A stretch of 64,000 nucleotides of DNA, from positions 705,066 to 769,065 of the forward strand of contig CP011212.1 in the NCBI GenBank assembly GCA_001029715.1. The letters run 5' to 3'. Both the position numbers and the translations under genes were made by a program. The stretch comes from a candidate division TM6 bacterium GW2011_GWF2_28_16 (lineage in GTDB: Bacteria > Patescibacteriota > Microgenomatia > UBA1400 > PJMF01). Positions 49,741-59,053 of the stretch are shown here, in pieces (the stretch's first letter is position 1; every line of letters starts with the position of its first letter). The notes under the pieces were generated by a model. The model saw only the letters and a program-made list of their open reading frames with translations. It was not told the origin of the DNA and did not search any database.

Positions 49741-51048
49741 TTACTGCTTCCTATTCTCCATTCCAAAAAACTTAACACGATCACCTCTAAAGTAGAGTTC
49801 GATATCTCCCAAACCACCATTACGATGTTTGGCAATTTTCAAAGTCACTGATTCGCGTAAATCATCATCTTTGCGATATAAGAACATCACTACATCAGCA
49901 TCCTGCTCAATAGAACCAGACTCACGTAAATCAGAAAGCTGTGGAGCTTTCTCACCTCTTTGCTCAACAGCACGAGACAACTGAGCCAAAGCTAAAACTG
50001 GAATTTTTAATTCACGAGCAATATTTTTGAGACCCTGAGAAATTTCGCCTACTTCTTGAACACGATTTTCGCGATTTTGACCATGAGCCAACTGCAAATA
50101 ATCGACAATTAAAAGATCAATGTCTTGCTCCATCATCAGACGACGTGCTTTAGTGCGCATTTCATAAATACTAAGACCAGGAGTATCATCGATAAAAAGT
50201 TTGCTTTCAGCCAAAACTCCCATCGCATCAGAGATTTTGAGAAAATCTTCTTGAGATAAACGACCTGTTTTAAGTTTCCAGGCATCAATATCAGCCTGAC
50301 CAACTAACAAGCGATCGACTAGCTCTTCTCTACTCATTTCCAGAGAGAAAAAGCCAACTTTTTTCTTGGCGATGATGGTGGCATATTGAGCGATGTTGAC
50401 GGCAAAGGCAGTTTTACCTGTACCAGGGCGAGCTGCCAAGATAACTAAGTTAGACTTCTGTAAACCAGCGGTCATGCGATCAAGATCTGCAAAACCAGTA
50501 GGTAAACCGCGCAATTCACCCCCGCTTTTTTGTAATTCATCAAGGCGATCAAAGCTTTCTACCAAAGTTTGTTTGATCGGCAAAAAATCTCTACGAGCAT
50601 GAGTCTGAGAAATAGCCATCACTTGTTGTTCTGCACTATCCAAAATTTCATTAACTTCTTTGCTCTCATCAAAAGCTAAATTACCAACTTCATTAGAAAG
50701 AGCAATTAATTCTCTTTTGACATATTTTTCCTTAACCATGGAAGCGTAGTTTTCGACATTAGCAGCCGTCGATAATAGATTGGACAACTGACTAATTCCA
50801 GAAACACCACCAGCAGTACGAATATTTTTATCTTTGGTGAGTTGATCTTTTAAGGTAACGACGTCGATAGCCATGCGCTTGTCATAAAGCTCAAGCATAG
50901 CTGAAAAAATGACCTGATTGGCTCTACTATAGAAAGAATTTGGGTTAAGAATTTCAGAAACTTTAATGATGGCATCTTTATCAATTAGAATAGCCGCCAA
51001 AACTGAATTTTCTGCGTCAAGATCATGTGGAGGAACTTTTGAATCCAT
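49741..51048 (-). CDS. dnaB: Replicative DNA helicase
   Basis: PPHDLDAE, AARPGTGKT, FSLEMS, VDYLQL, LSDLRESGSIEQDAD, KHRNG. Confidence 0.97.
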   Translation of the reverse strand: MDSKVPPHDLDAENSVLAAILIDKDAIIKVSEILNPNSFYSRANQVIFSAMLELYDKRMAIDVVTLKDQLTKDKNIRTAGGVSGISQLSNLLSTAANVENYASMVKEKYVKRELIALSNEVGNLAFDESKEVNEILDSAEQQVMAISQTHARRDFLPIKQTLVESFDRLDELQKSGGELRGLPTGFADLDRMTAGLQKSNLVILAARPGTGKTAFAVNIAQYATIIAKKKVGFFSLEMSREELVDRLLVGQADIDAWKLKTGRLSQEDFLKISDAMGVLAESKLFIDDTPGLSIYEMRTKARRLMMEQDIDLLIVDYLQLAHGQNRENRVQEVGEISQGLKNIARELKIPVLALAQLSRAVEQRGEKAPQLSDLRESGSIEQDADVVMFLYRKDDDLRESVTLKIAKHRNGGLGDIELYFRGDRVKFFGMENRKQ

Positions 51049-51080
51049 ATCTGCTCTCTTTCGCTCAATTTACAATGATT

Positions 51081-51737
51081 TTAACTACGACGCAAGACCA
51101 CTAGCTCCATTTCTTCTGGCAAGCGATCTTTCTCGACTATTAATTTGTCTTCTGGTTCTACAGAAGCACCAAAACTTTGTAAAAATTGATCCAAAGGTTG
51201 TAATTTAGTATCGCTAGGGTAAGAACTATCACTGTAATGCATTGGGATTAAAATACTTGGACTGATGGCATTAACTACCTTGATAGCCTCGCCATTCATC
51301 AAAGAAAATGGACCACCAACTGGCAAAAATAATATATCTACCATACCAATATCATCCAATTGCTTCTCATCCAGCTGATGAGCAAGATCGCCTAAATGAC
51401 AAACGGAAAGACCATCAATTAAGATTTTGAAAACAATATTATTGCCTCTTTCGGCACCCTCTACTTGATCGTGATAAGTTTTAGTTCCAAAAACTGAAAT
51501 ACCACCTACTTCATATTCTCCTGGAAAATCGATAACAAAAGGATTTTCTTTCTTAGCAGTTCCCTTTACTTTATAGGCAGCATTATGATCTGCGTGATTA
51601 TGAGAAATAGTGACTATTTCTGCACTTAAGCGAGGTAAAGAAATCCCAACAGCTTTATCATCAAAAGGATCAGTGACAACACTCCCCAATTCCCCCTTAA
51701 GTTTAAAACAAGATTGACCATGATAAGTGATTTGCAT
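51081..51737 (-). CDS. MBL-fold metallo-hydrolase
   Basis: HGQSCF, TDPF, SHNHADH, HLGD, PVGG, IPMHY. Confidence 0.9.
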   Translation of the reverse strand: MQITYHGQSCFKLKGELGSVVTDPFDDKAVGISLPRLSAEIVTISHNHADHNAAYKVKGTAKKENPFVIDFPGEYEVGGISVFGTKTYHDQVEGAERGNNIVFKILIDGLSVCHLGDLAHQLDEKQLDDIGMVDILFLPVGGPFSLMNGEAIKVVNAISPSILIPMHYSDSSYPSDTKLQPLDQFLQSFGASVEPEDKLIVEKDRLPEEMELVVLRRS

Positions 51738-51890
51738 AATTGACCATTAGTCTAGCACATCAATTTTTGCTGTCAAAAGATTGACCTAATTCAACCAAAG
51801 CTCAGCTTAAAAACTTTACTTTTGTGTATAATTGACTTAAGATACTCTCTCTTAGAGTTTTAAACCTGCCTAATTAAATTCTAGGTATTT

Positions 51891-52316
51891 ATGCGAAAAG
51901 AAATTCTTTTAGCGATTTTTGTAGGCATCACCCTCGGCTTGATGATCACTTTTGGAATCTATCAAAATTCTGAGAATGCCAAAACTGGACAAAATAACGA
52001 TACCGATCAACTAATCAATAATCCAGTTGGTAGTGAATCAGCAGCAATTCAAGATCCTCAACTAATGATTAATAGTCCAGAAGAAGACTTCTTCACTAAT
52101 GAAGAAGATTTAATTGTTTCAGGCAGCGCTTCTCCTAATAGTTTTGTTGTTGTTCTCGTTAATGATAGCGAAAGTATTAGTAATACTGATGAATCAGGCA
52201 ACTTTTCTATAAAAGTTAAACTTAATGAAGGTGGAAATTTGATTGAAATTAACAGTATTGATGAGGATGGTAAAAAAATCAGCAAACAAAGAACTGTCAT
52301 TTATGAAGTTAAATAA
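51891..52316 (+). CDS. Membrane-anchored Ig-like domain protein
   Basis: TM helix, then VSG...DESGNFS...LNEGGNLI Ig-fold pattern. Confidence 0.7.
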   Translation: MRKEILLAIFVGITLGLMITFGIYQNSENAKTGQNNDTDQLINNPVGSESAAIQDPQLMINSPEEDFFTNEEDLIVSGSASPNSFVVVLVNDSESISNTDESGNFSIKVKLNEGGNLIEINSIDEDGKKISKQRTVIYEVK

Positions 52317-53022
52317 TAATAAACTCACTCGCAAAAAAATCCTGCTTTTGCTATTAGCATTTGGCATTTTTTTATTGCCGGCTAGATTAGTTTTTGCACA
52401 AAACAGCGCCACAGACAGCTCAAATAGTGCTACTCAAAAAGAGCAAGAAAACGAAAATAGTACTATCAATAATATTAAAAAAGTTATTCAAGAAAAGAAG
52501 ACTGAGCTCGGCACTGTTGGAGCTAATTTGCGTAGTGAAAGAGCTTATTTAGCCAAAGTTCTACGTGTTAGTGAAGAAACCCTGACGGTCAGTAATTACT
52601 CTGGAAGTAAAATTATTCCTCTAGAAGAGGACATTGTCATTCAGAAAAAAGACAAAGATGTTAAAGTTGAAGAACTTGCCGTCGATAATTGGGTTGGCGT
52701 TTATGGAGAAATGAATAATGATAATTTAAAAATTAAGAAAATCGTTGTCTATGATCATGACTTTAGCCCAAAAAACAAGATCATTACTCTTGGATCAATT
52801 GCTAGTATTGGTAAAAACGATCTAGCACTTGCCCCCCGCTCTGGAGAAGAAAAACTCAATTTCAGTTTTGATAAATACACTAGTTTTCAAGATAACCAGG
52901 GAGAAGAAATTGATTTTAGCGATTTTTACGAAGACTTACAGTGCATTATCGTTGCCTTCGAAGATAAAAACGGCAATTACGTAATCAGCACAATTAAAGC
53001 TTTAAGTGCTTTTGAAAAGTAA
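52303..53022 (+). CDS. Secreted hypothetical protein with two repeated beta-barrel-like units
   Basis: Signal peptide from ATG 52303 (VFA-Q), repeated units. Confidence 0.65.
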   Translation: MKLNNNKLTRKKILLLLLAFGIFLLPARLVFAQNSATDSSNSATQKEQENENSTINNIKKVIQEKKTELGTVGANLRSERAYLAKVLRVSEETLTVSNYSGSKIIPLEEDIVIQKKDKDVKVEELAVDNWVGVYGEMNNDNLKIKKIVVYDHDFSPKNKIITLGSIASIGKNDLALAPRSGEEKLNFSFDKYTSFQDNQGEEIDFSDFYEDLQCIIVAFEDKNGNYVISTIKALSAFEK

Positions 53023-53302
53023 ATTCCCTCCAATGACTATTATTTAACTTTTCATTGAGCGAATAAATTTCCTGTATATCTGGTCTTCCCAATCTATTCC
53101 AAAGCTCTTCTGCTCCAATTTTTATTAAAGCAGTGGCAAGTTCTTCTTCTGAAAAAGTTATTTGCCCTTCTTTGAGTTTATCGCTAAGAACTGAACGCAA
53201 ATCATTAAGCGTGAAGCTTCTAACTCCAGCTAACTCTAAAACTTCCTCTAATGAATAATTACTTGAATTTCTCTCCAAACTTTTTTCGAACATGTTTGAC
53301 AT
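52994..53302 (-). CDS. Small hypothetical protein downstream of tRNA-Ala
   Basis: ORF restarted at ATG 53302 so that it does not overlap the tRNA. Confidence 0.5.
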   Translation of the reverse strand: MSNMFEKSLERNSSNYSLEEVLELAGVRSFTLNDLRSVLSDKLKEGQITFSEEELATALIKIGAEELWNRLGRPDIQEIYSLNEKLNNSHWREFTFQKHLKL

Positions 53303-53336
53303 ACTAACATGTTGAAATATAAATTTGCAAATTCTG

Positions 53337-53410
53337 TGGACCGAAGGGAAATCGAATCCCTGACCTCTGCAATGCGAATGCAGCGCTCTAGCCAACTGAG
53401 CTATCGGCCC
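53337..53410 (-). tRNA. tRNA-Ala(CGC), CCA not encoded
   Basis: GGGCCGATAGCTCAGTTGGCTAGAGCG CTGCA-TTCGCAT-TGCAG AGGTCAGGGATTCGATTTCCCTTCGGTCCA. Confidence 0.95.
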
Positions 53411-53448
53411 GTTTCAGATAAATAGTATATCACCACAGACCTTTAAAT

Positions 53449-53477
53449 TTGACCAAAGCCTTTAGTTGTCCTATAAT
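53449..53477 (+). promoter_or_regulatory. Sigma70 promoter of the hisS leader
   Basis: TTGACC-17 nt-TATAAT. Confidence 0.8.
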
Positions 53478-53485
53478 AGTCCAGA

Positions 53486-53539
53486 ATGCAAAAACAAAAT
53501 GCAAAAGCTCCAGCTTTTCATCATCACTCCTCTATCTAA
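53486..53539 (+). CDS. His leader peptide MQKQNAKAPAFHHHSSI
   Basis: Three tandem His codons CAT CAT CAC (53519-53527) upstream of hisS. Confidence 0.8.
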   Translation: MQKQNAKAPAFHHHSSI

Positions 53540-53597
53540 TTGGGGTATCTTTTTGCGTTTCATTAAATAGGTCCCCAATAAGGGGATTTTTTATTTT
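53539..53597 (+). terminator. Attenuator: antiterminator/terminator of hisS
   Basis: ATTGGGG (53539-45) pairs CCCCAAT (53573-79), in competition with terminator GGTCCCC-AATAA-GGGGATT + T-run. Confidence 0.8.
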
Positions 53598-53631
53598 AGA
53601 ATACAATTAGACCAAACAAAGAAAGAAAAAT

Positions 53632-54894
53632 ATGAACAAAAATGTACAAACACTCAAAGGCTTTCGCGACTTCCTCCCAGACGAGGCTCGCAAAAGACAA
53701 TACGTTAACGACAAGATTAGAGAAACTTTTGAAGTTTATGGCTTTGCGCCACTTCAGAGTCCTACCTTGGAGTACGCTAGTTTATTGCTTGGCAAATATG
53801 GTGACGAAGCTGATAAATTGGTTTATACCTTTGAAGATCGTGGTGGTCGTGAAGTTGGTTTGCGCTATGACCAAACTGTACCAACAGCCCGTATTCTGAG
53901 CCAATATCAGAACGAATTGCCTAAATATTTCCGTCGTTACCAGATTCAGAATGTTTTCCGTGCCGATAAACCACAAAAGGGCCGTTATCGTGAATTCACT
54001 CAATGCGATTGTGATATTTTTGGTGGCAACAGCGTTTTGGCTGATGCGGAATTATTAGCTACGGTTAACGCTGTTTTTATGAATCTAGGTCTTAAATCAA
54101 TCAAGATTGAATTTAATGATCGTACTTTACTAATAGAAAACATTAGTCCTTTTGTTACTGAAAAAGTTGATGTTTTTTCCATCATTCAAAGCATTGATAA
54201 ATTGGATAAAGAAAGTAGCGAAACCATCATTGAAGAATTAGTTGATAAAGGTCTTTCTAGAAGCAATGCTGAAGCTGTTTTATCCAAGATAAATAAGATT
54301 GAAATATCAGGAAATCTATCTAGAATTGAGCAAAAAGCTTTGGAGTTAGGCGTCAGTAAAGAAACCCTCGTTTTTAACCCAAAACTAGCTCGCGGTTTAG
54401 ACTACTACACTGGCTTAATTTTTGAAATCAAAATTCCAGAATATGGCAATTCATCTGTTGGCGGAGGTGGTCGTTATGACAATCTGATTGAAGAGCTTTC
54501 CGGCTACAAAATGCCAGCCGTAGGCGTTGGTCTTGGCTTTGATCGCATTGTCGAAGTTTGCGATCAATTGGGTTTAATTAAAGAAAACCAAACTGGAACT
54601 CAAGTGATGATTGGTTTTTTTGAAGAAGAAAATTGTCAAAATAAGGCTATGCAAATCGCTAAAGAACTTCGTGCTCTAAAAATTAGAACCGAAGTCTTCC
54701 CTGCTTATGACAAGCTTTCTAAACAGTTTAAAGTCGCTGAACAAAAGAAAATTCCTTTCGTAATCGTGGTTGGTGAAGATGAAATCAAAGAAAATAAATT
54801 TACTATCAAAAACATGGCTTCTGGCGAGCAGGAATTACTAGCTCTTGAAGAGATTAAAGGAAAATTCAAGGTTTTTTCCCCTTCACTTCTATAA
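53632..54894 (+). CDS. hisS: Histidine--tRNA ligase
   Basis: KGFRDFLP, LRYDQTVP, GRYREFTQCD, ARGLDYYTG, GGGRYD. Confidence 0.97.
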   Translation: MNKNVQTLKGFRDFLPDEARKRQYVNDKIRETFEVYGFAPLQSPTLEYASLLLGKYGDEADKLVYTFEDRGGREVGLRYDQTVPTARILSQYQNELPKYFRRYQIQNVFRADKPQKGRYREFTQCDCDIFGGNSVLADAELLATVNAVFMNLGLKSIKIEFNDRTLLIENISPFVTEKVDVFSIIQSIDKLDKESSETIIEELVDKGLSRSNAEAVLSKINKIEISGNLSRIEQKALELGVSKETLVFNPKLARGLDYYTGLIFEIKIPEYGNSSVGGGGRYDNLIEELSGYKMPAVGVGLGFDRIVEVCDQLGLIKENQTGTQVMIGFFEEENCQNKAMQIAKELRALKIRTEVFPAYDKLSKQFKVAEQKKIPFVIVVGEDEIKENKFTIKNMASGEQELLALEEIKGKFKVFSPSLL

Positions 54895-55023
54895 ATTTGT
54901 GCTATGCACAGCATCTTTCGTAGCAGCTGTCCGAAATTCGCTAAAGCATCTTTCGTACCAGCTGTTTTTTTGCAATGTGAACCTTGCAAAAAAACAGGGT
55001 CCGAAATATAATAACCCTTCTAT

Positions 55024-55371
55024 ATGAAACAAGGTATACATCCTAGCAACTGGCAACACGACTGCGTCGTTACTTGTAGTTGTGGTAATTCCTTCCTCAC
55101 TGGAGGCATTAAAAAAGCCGTACAAATCGATATTTGTAGTGCTTGTCATCCTTTCTTTACTGGTGAAATGAGATTTGTTGATCGTCAAGGTCGCGTAGAT
55201 AAATTCCAGAAAAAGATGCAACTTGCTCAAGCCGCTGCCACTGCAGCTGCCGCTAAAACCAAAAAAGCTACTAAGACTAAAGTCGAAAATAAATCTTACA
55301 AACAGATCTTAGTTGAACAGCAAAGCGAATTAAAGGCTAAAAAACAAGCCGAAACTGTCGCCGAAAATTAG
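55024..55371 (+). CDS. rpmE: 50S ribosomal protein L31 (Cys-containing) with K/A-rich tail
   Basis: MKQGIHP, CSCG, DICSACHPFFTG, GRVDKF. Confidence 0.96.
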   Translation: MKQGIHPSNWQHDCVVTCSCGNSFLTGGIKKAVQIDICSACHPFFTGEMRFVDRQGRVDKFQKKMQLAQAAATAAAAKTKKATKTKVENKSYKQILVEQQSELKAKKQAETVAEN

Positions 55372-55441
55372 TTTCCCTTTTTTATTTATTGATACAGCCA
55401 CTGCGCTGTGTTTTTTTGTATAATAGAAAGGAAAAATAAAT

Positions 55442-56464
55442 ATGGATCAAAACTACAACCCCTACCAAGTCCAAATAGAAAATATAGATAAAGCCATTGC
55501 CGAAAATCAAGCTCTGCTTGAAGATGATGAGCTAAAAGATTTAGCTATCGAAGAAATCGCTCGTCTTCTTGAAGAAAAAAAAGCTATGGAACTGGCAGCT
55601 ACAAATTTTGCCAGCAATCAAAATAAAAGTGAGAGCAATGATAGCGAAGAAATTACTGAAAATGCCAACGCCATTATCGAAATTCGTGGCGGTGCTGGGG
55701 GTGACGAGGCAAAAATCTGGGCCAACGATTTAATGCGCATGTACACTCGTTATGCCGAAAGTAAAAATTTAAAAGTAGAGCTAATTGATGAATTAGTTTT
55801 TAAAGTCAAAGGCCGTGCAGAACTACCTATCGTCGAAATTGATGAAGACGGTAAAGTTAATAAAACTGGTGAAACAGAAATTCTCTCTGCTTATAAGCTT
55901 TTTCGTTATGATTCTGGCGTACATCGCGTTCAAAGAGTACCTAGTACCGAATCGGCTGGACGTATTCACACCTCCACTGCTTCTGTGGCGGTTTTACCAG
56001 AAGTCACAGCCACAGCTGTCGAAATTAGAGAAGAAGACCTAGAATGGTCGTTTATGCGTGCTGGCGGTGCTGGCGGACAATCCGTCAATAAAACTAGCTC
56101 AGCCGTTCGCTTGGTTCATAAACCCAGCGGTTTAGTGGTCAATTCTCGCACAGAAAGAAAACAAGCCCAAAATCGCCAAATTGCTTTGGAACTTTTGCGC
56201 TCACAGCTTTGGCAAATTGAAGAAGATAAAAAAGACGCTCAAATTGGTGAAGCCAGAAGTAATATCGGTCGCAACATGCGTGCTGAAAAAATTAAAACTT
56301 ATAATTACCCCCAAAGTCGTGTTACAGACCACCGTATTCATCAGTCTTGGCATAATTTAGAAGGTATTTTAGAGGGTAATTTAGATGAATTAATCGCTTC
56401 AACTAAATCTTTAATCGAAATTGATGAAAAAAGCGATAACGAAAAAGAAATAGAGCAAAATTAA
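55442..56464 (+). CDS. prfA: Peptide chain release factor 1
   Basis: GVHRVQRVPST (PxT), GAGGQ, TYNYPQSRVTDHR. Confidence 0.92.
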   Translation: MDQNYNPYQVQIENIDKAIAENQALLEDDELKDLAIEEIARLLEEKKAMELAATNFASNQNKSESNDSEEITENANAIIEIRGGAGGDEAKIWANDLMRMYTRYAESKNLKVELIDELVFKVKGRAELPIVEIDEDGKVNKTGETEILSAYKLFRYDSGVHRVQRVPSTESAGRIHTSTASVAVLPEVTATAVEIREEDLEWSFMRAGGAGGQSVNKTSSAVRLVHKPSGLVVNSRTERKQAQNRQIALELLRSQLWQIEEDKKDAQIGEARSNIGRNMRAEKIKTYNYPQSRVTDHRIHQSWHNLEGILEGNLDELIASTKSLIEIDEKSDNEKEIEQN

Positions 56465-57732
56465 AATTGCTCAACTGCTTTTTGCAAAACCTCATCTTCA
56501 GTAGTATCGTAATTTTGAGCAACTTCGACATCTACTGTCAAACCGTCTTTGTGTATCCAATTGCCATCTGGTGTTAACCAACGACCCACAGTAATGTGCA
56601 AACCGCCACCATTACTCAATTCGCGACGATCTTGGACAGTTCCTTTACCGAAAGTCTTTTCACCAATCAATTTAATCTGAGCATCGTCCCTGAGAGCACC
56701 GGCAACAATCTCTGAAGCAGAAGCACTGCCTTTATTAACCAGCACCACTGTTGGAATGCCCACTAAACGGGCTTTGCCAGTGCTGTTGTAGTTCTTAGTA
56801 TTGTATTTAGATTCTTGACTGACCACTACTCCACTTTTAACAAAGTCACTAGCCACATCAATTGAGACATCAAAGAAACCGCCAGGATTATTACGCAGAT
56901 CCAAAACTAAACCAGCAATCTGATTTTTCTTGCTTAGAATTTGAGCCACGGCATCATTCCACTCATCTAAAGTTCTTTCGCCAAATTTAGAAAGCCTCAA
57001 ATTGGCAATTTGTTTGCCATTTACTTCGGTAAATTCTAGAGTGACACTCTTCACAATGATTTCATCACGAAGAACACTGATTTCTTGGCTACTATTATCA
57101 CTCTTACGATAAACGGTTAAAATTACAGGAGTATTCTTTGGACCACGAATATTTTTGACGGCGTCATCCAAAGTCCATTCCGTAGTATCTTCGTCCAATC
57201 CTTTAGATTCATCTTTAACATGGATAATGACATCGCCTGCTAAAAGACCAGCCTTTTCTCCAGGACTACCAACTAAAGGTGAAATAATACCCACCATACC
57301 ATCGATATATGTTAGTTCTATACCGACGCCATAGAAGCTTCCAGCCAAATCTTCCTCGGCTTGACTATTATCTTCTGGAGCTAGATACATAGTGTAAGGA
57401 TCACCCAGACCAGTAACCATACCTGAAATTGCACCATTAATCATTTTATTTTCGTCAATTTCGCCAGTATTTAAATAATCTCTCTCTACAAGCTGCCAAA
57501 CTTCCCAAAAAGTACTCATCGAGACTGAAGTGTCTCCAGAGCTATTCATTAAATTACTGAGATTTGTTGATTGAGTTTTTTTGGCTAGATTATCGAATAA
57601 AGTGATTTTTACGCCAAACAAAGATCCTTCGCTGGAGTAACGAAAACCCATGATTAAGCCTAAAGTTATAAGCAAAAGGGCAAAAGTTGTAGTGCGGATT
57701 AAGGCAAAAATCCAAGTTGGGTTTTTTCTCAT
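56461..57732 (-). CDS. C-terminal processing peptidase S41 (PDZ)
   Basis: DPYT, GVGI PDZ, DLRNNPGG, SASASEIVAGAL, TFGKGTVQ; start set at MRKN. Confidence 0.94.
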   Translation of the reverse strand: MRKNPTWIFALIRTTTFALLLITLGLIMGFRYSSEGSLFGVKITLFDNLAKKTQSTNLSNLMNSSGDTSVSMSTFWEVWQLVERDYLNTGEIDENKMINGAISGMVTGLGDPYTMYLAPEDNSQAEEDLAGSFYGVGIELTYIDGMVGIISPLVGSPGEKAGLLAGDVIIHVKDESKGLDEDTTEWTLDDAVKNIRGPKNTPVILTVYRKSDNSSQEISVLRDEIIVKSVTLEFTEVNGKQIANLRLSKFGERTLDEWNDAVAQILSKKNQIAGLVLDLRNNPGGFFDVSIDVASDFVKSGVVVSQESKYNTKNYNSTGKARLVGIPTVVLVNKGSASASEIVAGALRDDAQIKLIGEKTFGKGTVQDRRELSNGGGLHITVGRWLTPDGNWIHKDGLTVDVEVAQNYDTTEDEVLQKAVEQF

Positions 57733-57798
57733 ACAGAAAAACCATTGTAATCTAGCTGACAAGAAAAATCACAAGTAAAAAATTTTGAAACTAAAAAA

Positions 57799-57978
57799 TT
57801 AGACGGTTTGAGTAAATGGCAAAAGGGCTAAATGTCTAGCTCTTTTGACTTCACAAGCCAATTTCTTTTGAAATTTGGCAGAAAGACCAGTTTTTGCTCT
57901 TGGCAAAATTGCGCCCTGAGCGGTAACGAATCTTTTGAGTTCTTCAGCTTTTTTGTAGCTAAAATTGTGAGTCTTCAT
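57799..57978 (-). CDS. rpsR: 30S ribosomal protein S18, minimal form
   Basis: [55 protein letters not shown]; third gene of rpsF-ssb-rpsR; 59 aa, missing from the ORF track. Confidence 0.93.
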   Translation of the reverse strand: MKTHNFSYKKAEELKRFVTAQGAILPRAKTGLSAKFQKKLACEVKRARHLALLPFTQTV

Positions 57979-58010
57979 TGTTTTTCCTTAACTATTACTA
58001 TTTTTAATTT

Positions 58011-58496
58011 CTAAAAAGGGATGTCATCAGAGACATCTTCTACTTCGTCAGCTTCACTTGGAACTGCTGGCTCTTCTTTTTTTGCTGATTTTGATTCTTC
58101 TTTATCATCTTCTGAATCTTGCTCATCTTCGCCTTCACCACCAGCAAATTTACCACCTCTGCTACTGAGCAACATCATGTTATCAATGACGATTTCAGTA
58201 ACTTTTCTAATTTCTCCGCTCTCTGTCTTCCAATCTCTGGTCTGAATACGACCTTCGACGTAAATCTTATCACCCTTGTGCAATAATTGGCCACAAATTT
58301 CAGCTAATTTAGACCAAGCAACAACATTGTGGAAATCCACTCTTTCCTGCTTGTCACCACCATCGGCTGGAGTCCAAGAACGATTGGTAGCTATACCAAA
58401 AGAAGCTACGGCTGTGCTATTTGGGGTATAGCGCAAATTTGGATCTCTAGTCAGGTTACCAATTAACATGACCTTATTTAAAGAACGTACTGACAT
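58011..58496 (-). CDS. ssb: Single-stranded DNA-binding protein
   Basis: LNKVMLIGNLTRDP, YVEGRI, DDIPF tail; start at MSVRS. Confidence 0.97.
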   Translation of the reverse strand: MSVRSLNKVMLIGNLTRDPNLRYTPNSTAVASFGIATNRSWTPADGGDKQERVDFHNVVAWSKLAEICGQLLHKGDKIYVEGRIQTRDWKTESGEIRKVTEIVIDNMMLLSSRGGKFAGGEGEDEQDSEDDKEESKSAKKEEPAVPSEADEVEDVSDDIPF

Positions 58497-58617
58497 TTTG
58501 GCCTTTCTCTCAACAGAGTTGATTTGTATTGATCTTTTTTCATTATGCAGTAACAAAGTTACAAGAAGTGTGACTAATCAGTTTTTAGTAAATAAAAGAA
58601 ATAAGAGACAACATAAA

Positions 58618-58962
58618 TTAATCTTCAATAGATTTTTCTAGCTCATCAGCAATCACTAATAAGTGACGAATAATTTCGTGATTTAAAGTTAGACTATGAT
58701 CAAATGCTTGCACATTTTGGACTGGAAAGTTTAAAACCATGTGGACGTAAACAGCTTCTTGATAAGTTTTACCTCCTTGAGAAATACCATAAGCTAAATT
58801 TTTACGGCCCCAATCGTCTTCTTTAACGATAGTGCCTTTGTTTTTAGCAGCTAAGTCAGTAATTTCTTTTTTGAGTCTGGAAACGTCGGCGTCTAATAGA
58901 TCGCCAGGAATTAAATAAGTTAATTCGTAATCTTTGGTAATAATTTCTTTAGCTAATTTCAT
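58618..58962 (-). CDS. rpsF: 30S ribosomal protein S6
   Basis: YELTYLI, WGRKNLAYGI, IIRHL. Confidence 0.93.
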   Translation of the reverse strand: MKLAKEIITKDYELTYLIPGDLLDADVSRLKKEITDLAAKNKGTIVKEDDWGRKNLAYGISQGGKTYQEAVYVHMVLNFPVQNVQAFDHSLTLNHEIIRHLLVIADELEKSIED

Positions 58963-59049
58963 ATTTTTTCTAAGATTCGCAAGATGTGGCCCCGCCTCAT
59001 CTTATGGATAATTAATAAGCGAATTTTAATTTCTGTGGGTATTATATCA
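58963..59049 (-). promoter_or_regulatory. rpsF promoter and leader hairpin (candidate S6:S18 leader)
   Basis: TGaTATAAT; ATTCGC/GCGAAT and AAGATG/CATCTT helices with a CCA-containing bulge. Confidence 0.5.
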
Positions 59050-59053
59050 CGGA

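Noticed and set aside
53303-53395. N-terminal part of ORF 52994..53395
   Set aside because: It is a translation of the tRNA-Ala gene; start moved to 53302
57832-58014. 60-aa plus-strand ORF
   Set aside because: Antisense to rpsR
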